From: Proteromonas lacertae
Lineage: Eukaryota
NCBI GenBank assembly: GCA_002245135.1
Contig: NGBS01001163.1
Span: 62,001-126,000 of the forward strand
Direction of reading: 5' to 3'
DNA: 64,000 nt
A model generated the notes under the pieces. That model was not told the origin of the DNA, did not search any database, and saw only the letters and a list, made by a program, of their open reading frames with translations. This document shows positions 57,133 to 64,000 of the stretch, piece by piece. Numbering within the stretch: the first letter of the stretch is position 1; the number at the start of each line of letters is the position of its first letter. Made by a program: the position numbers and the translations under genes.

Positions 57133-59803
57133 CTAGTTAAATATCTGTTCTTGACTAATTTCATGTTCAAGTTCCTCATTTTCTACTTTTTCGTCATGCT
57201 TATCTGTTATCTCTTCTTTAGCTAAAATACTTATTTCTCCATTAGTATCAATACTATATTTAACATTTACACATATATCGCCAGCTTCCAACAATGTCAA
57301 ATCATCAATAACTTCATTGATAATACACACTCTATCTTCATATAAAGAAATAGGAATTGAACTTTGATTATTTTCAGTAGTAAATACTCTTACACTATTC
57401 TCAATTGGATATTTAATTGGTCTAAATCTATTGTACAATTGACTAACATTTCCATTAATATTTAAATTGATTTCATGATTTGGAGTGTAAGGTAAGAAAT
57501 AGTCTTTACTCTCATAATACTTTTCAGATATATAGTGGCTTAATCCACTACTAATATCCTCTTCAGTTGACTTATTAGAACAATATACTTTAGCATTTTT
57601 AAAAGACTTCTTAAATATTTCATTAAATTTTGGTAATTGAGTTTTTTCTCCTATTGCTATTACACAAGTTATATCTTCACGATTTAAATTCATTTCGTTT
57701 AATACTTCTATTGTTTTATTAGTACAGTCATTAAAGAAAGAATCATATAATGAATATAGTTTACTTCTTTTTAATTTTACATCTACTTTATTATCTCTAA
57801 ACTCATCTATGTCTATTTCAGTTGATGATTCAGTTTTCAGTACATTATATGCCATTTCACATTCTTTTATAAGATTCAATAACTGTTCTTCAGATAATTC
57901 ACTTTCAGCTTTTGCAACATATTCATTTTTAAAATAATCAACTAAGATTGCTATTAACAGTTTATCATTAATTTCAAAGTATTTCTTTGAAGTAATTATT
58001 GTAATTACTGAATTTATGATAGTAACTACAGATAATTCTAATCTTGTTGGTTGTAAATCAAACACCAAAACAGTTTGTGAAGAAGATGGTTTGAATGATG
58101 ATAAATAAGAATAAAGAGATGAAATAGGATTTTGAAAGATTTGAATACTTACAAAACCAGCATCTTTGGATGCTTGAAGAAATTCAAATTTCTGTAATTC
58201 TGAGAAATAAACAGGTAATGAAATAATGCATTTTCTTATAGGATGTATTTCTAATGAATAAGATGATTGCTGCATTATGTATTTGAATAACTCTGTTAAT
58301 ATTTGCAATGTTGTTAATTGAACATTTTCATTATTGTATTGTAATTCTACTACATATTTACTATTATCATTCTCATTCACTTTATATTTAATTCTGTTTA
58401 TAATGAAGTCTTTATCATCAGATGTAGTTGTTGATGTTGTTTCACCAGCTAATAATGAAATATAATTTATGCTATTTAATGGATTAGTTGATAGTTTTGC
58501 TTGTGCTAATGAACCAACTAAAATATCTTTACTATCAGGTGAATAATAAACACAATTTGATATTGGTTTGTTATTAATATCATTAACTTTGAACTATTTT
58601 ATCATCTTTGTAATATGAAATGTATATCTTTTCATCACCAAAGTAAATACACAATGGAGATGTATTATCATCAGTTAAACTCTTGAATGACTTATATTCT
58701 GACGGTGAAAAATGAATTTCTTTTTTATTGTCTTTGTATTTATATAATTGTTTTACTATATATGTAATAATTAAATGAAATATTATACATAAATTCTTAT
58801 TCTTTTCTTTTAAATATGTTTCTGTCTGTTTCTTATCACTATATTCTGTTGTAATTTCTTTCAATTTGTTATTTATTATATCTGTGGATGTATCCATTTG
58901 TTCTATCTTCATTTCCAACTCTTTATTTCTTTTCTCTAAATCTTCTACTTTTTTAGCTATAAAAAATTTAAAATAAAAATAAAACAATACTTAGATTATC
59001 ACTTCTTAATGAAAATATTTCCACTTGTTCCTGTAAGGATTTATTAGATTTCATTAAATCATTACATCTTTTATTCATCTCTTTGTTCTCTTTACATAAT
59101 CTATCAAATGTTTCTTTAGTAAATTGTATTTCTTCACTATCTGAACTTATAGTTGATGATGTGATTGAATGACTATTTATTTCATCACTTTGAGGTGATT
59201 TTGGTGAATTTATCATGCTTATATTCTTTGTAATTGTCATTGATTTTGGTCTTTCTTTATGATGATGTCTTAATTGACTTTCCGGTGATGATACTGATGA
59301 TGTTGGAACTATATAAATGATAAACGAATAATGAGTAAAAATATACGAGACATTTCTCTCTTTATTCCTGGAGGTGAAACTATTAGAATTATATACACAA
59401 CGAATATCATACATCTAGCAATTGGTGCTCTTGGTGGCATTCCATCTATATAACATATATATAAAATAACATACTTGGGGAAGTAACGCCTCTAGATGGT
59501 GGTGGACTAAAACCAGGTACATTGCGCGTTCCCAATCTTGCAGAAGGAATAACAGGAGCTAAAGAGTTGTTAATTAACAAAAAATACGACTAAAGGTTCT
59601 AGGTGGTTCTGGCATTTGATTCTTCACTAAAACATCATATAAATAGTAAATATACTGTTCGGAGGCGGCGGCACACATCTTGGACCGCTTCTGAGAGTTA
59701 CCATTCGGTGCTATTTAAATAAAATAATAAAAATTGAATAGTGTTGTTATAATAAATTTAAATAGTGATAGAATCTTATACCTCTTGGTGGCTGAAACTG
59801 CAT
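57133..59803 (-). CDS. Divergent Hsp70-like domain fused to a Pro-rich, coiled-coil N-terminus
   Basis: IISLPVYFSELQKFEFLQASKDAGF, VLVFDL, FTTENNQSSIPISLYE, IDTNGEISI; +1 shift near 58590; many micro-exons at the 5' end. Confidence 0.75.
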
Positions 59804-59882
59804 AGTTTAAAAATCAAATTTTGAGATCAAGCAAGGCTTGCTATTTCCTTATCAAGCTTTACTTCAAACTTACTTTTTTAAA

Positions 59883-60916
59883 ATGTCAAATCAGATCGAT
59901 CTAGAGCCTCCAACATTAGATACTATATCATCCGTTCAATTTGCTCCACATTCTGATTTTTTGGCAGTATCATCATGGGATAAAGTATTCATCTTATTGT
60001 TTTATTCATATAGTCAGTTTACCTATATGATGTTGCACAGAGAGTTATGAAAGTGCAAACAATGCATACTGGACCAGTATTTGATTGTTGTTTTGCTGAT
60101 TCAGAACATATTTATAGTGGAGGAATGGAACGAAAAGTTAAATGGTATTACCTACTTATATATCCATTTTATAGTTATGATATAATAACCAATCAATCAA
60201 TGGACCTTGGTTCACATGATGAAGCAATAAAAGTAATTAAATATGTACCATCAATAGCATCTATCATATCTGGTGGATGGGATAAACAAGCTAAGATATG
60301 GGACAGCAGAACAAGGACTAGTACTATGACAATAGGGTTAGATGAAAGAATATATTCAATCTCAAGTTCTACTTCCAGATTAGTGATTGGAACAGCACCA
60401 AGAACAGTGTATCTCTATGATATTCGAAAATTGAATATTCCTCTACAAAAACGAGAATCATCGTTGAAATTCCAAACAAGATATATTGAATGTATGTCGA
60501 ATGACTTAGGATTTGTTATTAGTAGTACAGAAGGTCATGTTGGTGTAGAATATTATGATAATTTGCCAGATCACAAACCTTATACATTTAAATGCCATAG
60601 AAAGAAGCATAATGAAGGTGAAGATAAACAAACATATGTATATCCAGTGAATATGGTTAAATTCAATCCAATATATAACAGTTTAGCCTCTTGTGGAAGT
60701 GATGGAACAGTTTGTATTTGGGATTTAGATAAAAGAAAAAAGATATGTTCAATTGGACCATATTCAGATTGTATATCTTCTATTAGTTTTCATTTTACTG
60801 GTTTGAAGTTGGCTATTGCTACTTCTTATACATTTGAAGAAGGAGTGAATAAACCAGGTAGTTTACATCAAGTACATATATTGGATTTAGATGATAATCA
60901 AGTTAGACCAAAGTAA
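59883..60916 (+). CDS. BUB3: Mitotic checkpoint WD40 protein Bub3
   Basis: DTISSVQF, RESSLKFQTR, STEGHVGVEY, YTFKCHR, YPVN, GSDG, AIATSYTFEEG. Confidence 0.93.
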
Positions 60917-61014
60917 TGTTTCTTTAATTTTATTTAGATTTTCGATTTATAGATAACAATAAGAAACAATTATTTATAATAATAAATATAGAGATTTGAT
61001 TCATACTATTTCAA

Positions 61015-61108
61015 TTCATAATAACATAAACCTAAATTGAAATGACTTTTTTTTCTTTATCTGATCTGGAGTTCTTTAATGGTGCTTCATAATATTTAAT
61101 AGAGTATT
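61015..61108 (-). pseudogene. Single decayed TPR cassette
   Basis: Reads YSIKYYEAPLKNSRSDKEK...FNLGLCYYEL with an indel. Confidence 0.55.
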
Positions 61109-61126
61109 CTATTATTATATGTAACA

Positions 61127-63392
61127 ACTGTAATAATGTATAATCTAAATGATTCTTCTTTTGTTGTTTTGATATAGTATGAATTAAAATTCAGGATTAT
61201 ACAAGAAAATAAAGAGATATTTGATATCTGGTTTATGAAAAACATTTCGAATAACCCAATTTCGTTATTATAAAAATTGATAATAAAATCAATTCCAAGA
61301 TATTTAAAAAGGAATGTGAATAATTTTCGATCAGTATTGGTGTATTTATATTGAATAGAATGTAGAATTGATAAAAGTGTTTAGAGTTAGTAGCTTCAGT
61401 CCTGTTGTTTCAAAATCAGTATTAATGAGATGTTTTACAACAGATTCATACAAAATGATGAATATGATGAGATGTAATATCAGTAGTGATAAAGTATAAA
61501 ATACTGTGTGCCTATAATAAACAGTCAAATGAAAGCTTAGCTTCACGATGCAATGATGAATTTCTAGAAGGATTTAATTACTTTAAATCCGTATGACTTT
61601 TGATGATGTTATATAAACCCCATAGAAAGATTATGAAAGAGCAATAAAATGTTTCAAATGTGGTTTAGAAAGTGTAGTTAGAAATGAACAAAAATATGAT
61701 TGTAGATGTGCTATAGGTTTATGTTATATTTTTAATTGTATAATAATAATAATTAATAATAATAATAGAAAGAATATGAAAAAGCAATAGAATTATTATG
61801 AAATCTGCATTAGAATTATGTAAAAGTGATTATGAAAAGTTTGGTATGTAATAATGAAATAGGTAAATGTTACTATAACAGTGTATAATGTTAATATTAA
61901 TGTAATGAATAGGATGAGATAGAAGAATCAAAGAAATACTTAACTGAAGCTTATAAATATATATCAAGTGTAGAAGAATTTGAAGAAAGAAAAGGAATTT
62001 GAAGAAAGATATAATCAAGTGAACAATAAGTAATAATGATAAGAATTGAATTACTTTATTATTATTTCATTACTTTGTTTTTTGTAAATATTTTCAAAAT
62101 TTGCAATTAAATTAGGAATAAAATCAAATTATTTCTTTAAATTAAAATAAGTCTATTATTTAGCAGGAGATCTTGGTGGTGATGCAGTTTTAACTGATGA
62201 ACTTCTAGAATGGGATTTAGGTGAATTACTGTTATTCTCTTCTTTATTCATCTCTTTTATTGATTTATTAATCTCTTTCAAAAAATCTTCATAAAAGAAT
62301 TTTTCATTTTTACTCCATTTAATAAAGAAACCACTTTTATCATTATCTGATAATTCAGGAAATACAGACGACATTATTAAATCATATGTTCCATATTCTA
62401 CATAATTCAAATTATCTCCATCATATCTATGAAACAGACTACAAATACTCTTCTGTAAATCAGGAATTAGAATTATATCACTTACTAAACTATCCATATT
62501 TCGACGAATTTGAGTTCTTTCAGTAACTACAAATTCTTCTTTTTCTTTTTCAACTTTTCCAGATCTTCTACCTGAATATACTTTTGATTGTCTAAGAGGA
62601 TGTTTTGGAGGTTTTGGTTCTGCACCATAAGCTGAATGACTCTCTGGTGGTGTTGGTTTCATAAAACTCTTCCTCTTGTTCTTTGGCATTGTAAATGACT
62701 TGGTATATTTAACATAAGGTGATTCAGTTACTGACATTCGTGGTTTTGATACAAGAATACTACTTCTCGTGGAATTATTATTGTTATTATTATAATCACT
62801 ATCATCATCATCACTTTTATATGTTGCCACAGATGATGAAGTATTTAATCTATTTCGTTTATAATAATCATCACTACTATTTTCTTCATTTTCATCATCT
62901 TCATCCTCATGAATTGTTCCAAAACGATAAGAATCTAATTCACTTTCAGCTCTTATAACAGAATCTAACGCTGGAGATTTTCGAAGTATATCAGGCTTCT
63001 TATTTCCACCCTCTTCTTTTTCTTCTTCAACAATTTTCAAATCTTCATCAGATGGATTGGATGGATAGTATTTCTCTATTTCTTCTCTTCCCTCAAATAA
63101 CTGTGGATCATTTGAAGCTGTTAAATAAGGAGCATAATATGCATCTCTTTGAACCCATATTGGAGCTAATTCATTCTCAATAGCGATTTGTAAATCTTCT
63201 TTATTTAAATGTTGGATTTTTGAATTTACATCTAACGATTCTAATTTCAAGTCTTTTATATCAGGTAGTCTAAATGCAGAATCTGGAGCTATCCATAAAG
63301 GATTTTCACCCAAATCTTCAGCTTCTTCTGGTTGACCTTGACTTTCTTTAATTATTTTCTGTTCGAGATATCTCTTTGCTATTCCAGCCTTC
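61127..63392. repeat. Right arm of the inverted duplication
   Basis: Reverse complement of 45301-47703. Confidence 0.93.
61626..62030 (+). pseudogene. Orphan TPR cassettes: two exons plus cap exon
   Basis: Exons 61626-61737 and 61769-61882, with small indels. Confidence 0.85.
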
Positions 63393-64000
63393 ATATTTTT
63401 CAATTTATCTAAATCACTTTCTTCCTCTCCTTTCTTCTTGTTTCTATTTCGACGAGATTTCTTTTTTCCTGATTTCTTTATCCATGAACTCCATACTTCA
63501 ATAGCTGCTCTTGGATGATCAGGTGAATAATCTTGATCATTATAAGTGACATAAACGGAAACAATTCCATCACTGGATTTCTTAAAAGCAGGAAATTTGA
63601 TTTGTAGTTTATTTTCACCAATATAATCAGGAATAAAACTAAATTCTTCCATACTTGTCTGATGTAATAATCTAACATGTAAATCATGAGTAAATTCGAC
63701 ATTCTTTGTTTCGATTGTTAACAGAAATTTACCATAAAGTGGACCATCTCTTGGAGCAACATTCCACACTAATGGAATCTCCTTATACAAATTATATTCT
63801 TTTAAAGGATAGAGAGGATCAATTTGATATAATGTTGATCCACCATATAAACAAACATCAACAGTCACTTTAAACTCTCTTGTTTTATTCTTACAATCAA
63901 TAAATGAAGGAACATTACATTGAATTGTTCCATCTTTCATATAAGTACCAAAGACTCTTCTATCACCTCCCCATTCACTATTAAACGATATTATTATTCT
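62156..64000 (-). CDS. IPT/TIG-domain protein with C-terminal EF-hand-like region; 5' end outside the window
   Basis: VWNVAPRDGPLYG...VSVYVTYNDQDYS (IPT/TIG); LFHRYDGDNLNYVEY (EF-hand-like); ORF open to the window edge. Confidence 0.75.
   Translation of the reverse strand, partial: RIIISFNSEWGGDRRVFGTYMKDGTIQCNVPSFIDCKNKTREFKVTVDVCLYGGSTLYQIDPLYPLKEYNLYKEIPLVWNVAPRDGPLYGKFLLTIETKNVEFTHDLHVRLLHQTSMEEFSFIPDYIGENKLQIKFPAFKKSSDGIVSVYVTYNDQDYSPDHPRAAIEVWSSWIKKSGKKKSRRNRNKKKGEEESDLDKLKNMKAGIAKRYLEQKIIKESQGQPEEAEDLGENPLWIAPDSAFRLPDIKDLKLESLDVNSKIQHLNKEDLQIAIENELAPIWVQRDAYYAPYLTASNDPQLFEGREEIEKYYPSNPSDEDLKIVEEEKEEGGNKKPDILRKSPALDSVIRAESELDSYRFGTIHEDEDDENEENSSDDYYKRNRLNTSSSVATYKSDDDDSDYNNNNNNSTRSSILVSKPRMSVTESPYVKYTKSFTMPKNKRKSFMKPTPPESHSAYGAEPKPPKHPLRQSKVYSGRRSGKVEKEKEEFVVTERTQIRRNMDSLVSDIILIPDLQKSICSLFHRYDGDNLNYVEYGTYDLIMSSVFPELSDNDKSGFFIKWSKNEKFFYEDFLKEINKSIKEMNKEENNSNSPKSHSRSSSVKTASPPRSPAK

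Overview
Very AT-rich, gene-dense eukaryotic nuclear DNA in the standard genetic code, with tiny GT-AG introns (mostly ~26-40 nt), so the ORF track fragments most genes. About 27 genes can be reconstructed. They include ciliary/centriolar genes (BBS2, SAS-4/CENPJ, DNALI1, androglobin-like), mitochondrial genes (bL17m, a DEAD-box helicase) and housekeeping genes (PRKCSH, beta-carbonic anhydrase, CK2 alpha, BUB3, CtIP, LMBR1 family). This points to a flagellated protist; an opalinatan stramenopile such as Proteromonas is a guess only. Two unusual features stand out. (1) A kinase-TPR gene (22383-27771, minus) whose C-terminal region is 26 phase-0 cassette exons, almost all exactly 111 nt (one 37-aa repeat each). 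Related orphan cassettes are scattered in the window, and two copies of one duplicated segment differ by exactly one exon+intron unit. (2) An accessory island (~38.2-47.7 kb) in which a Crinkler-type tandem P-loop NTPase gene is bracketed by a 27-bp direct repeat and flanked by microhomology-joined inverted copies of nearby genes, one of which forms a new chimeric ORF. Several single-base frameshifts, even in conserved genes, suggest consensus errors, so pseudogene calls are provisional. No rRNA, tRNA or CRISPR array was found.
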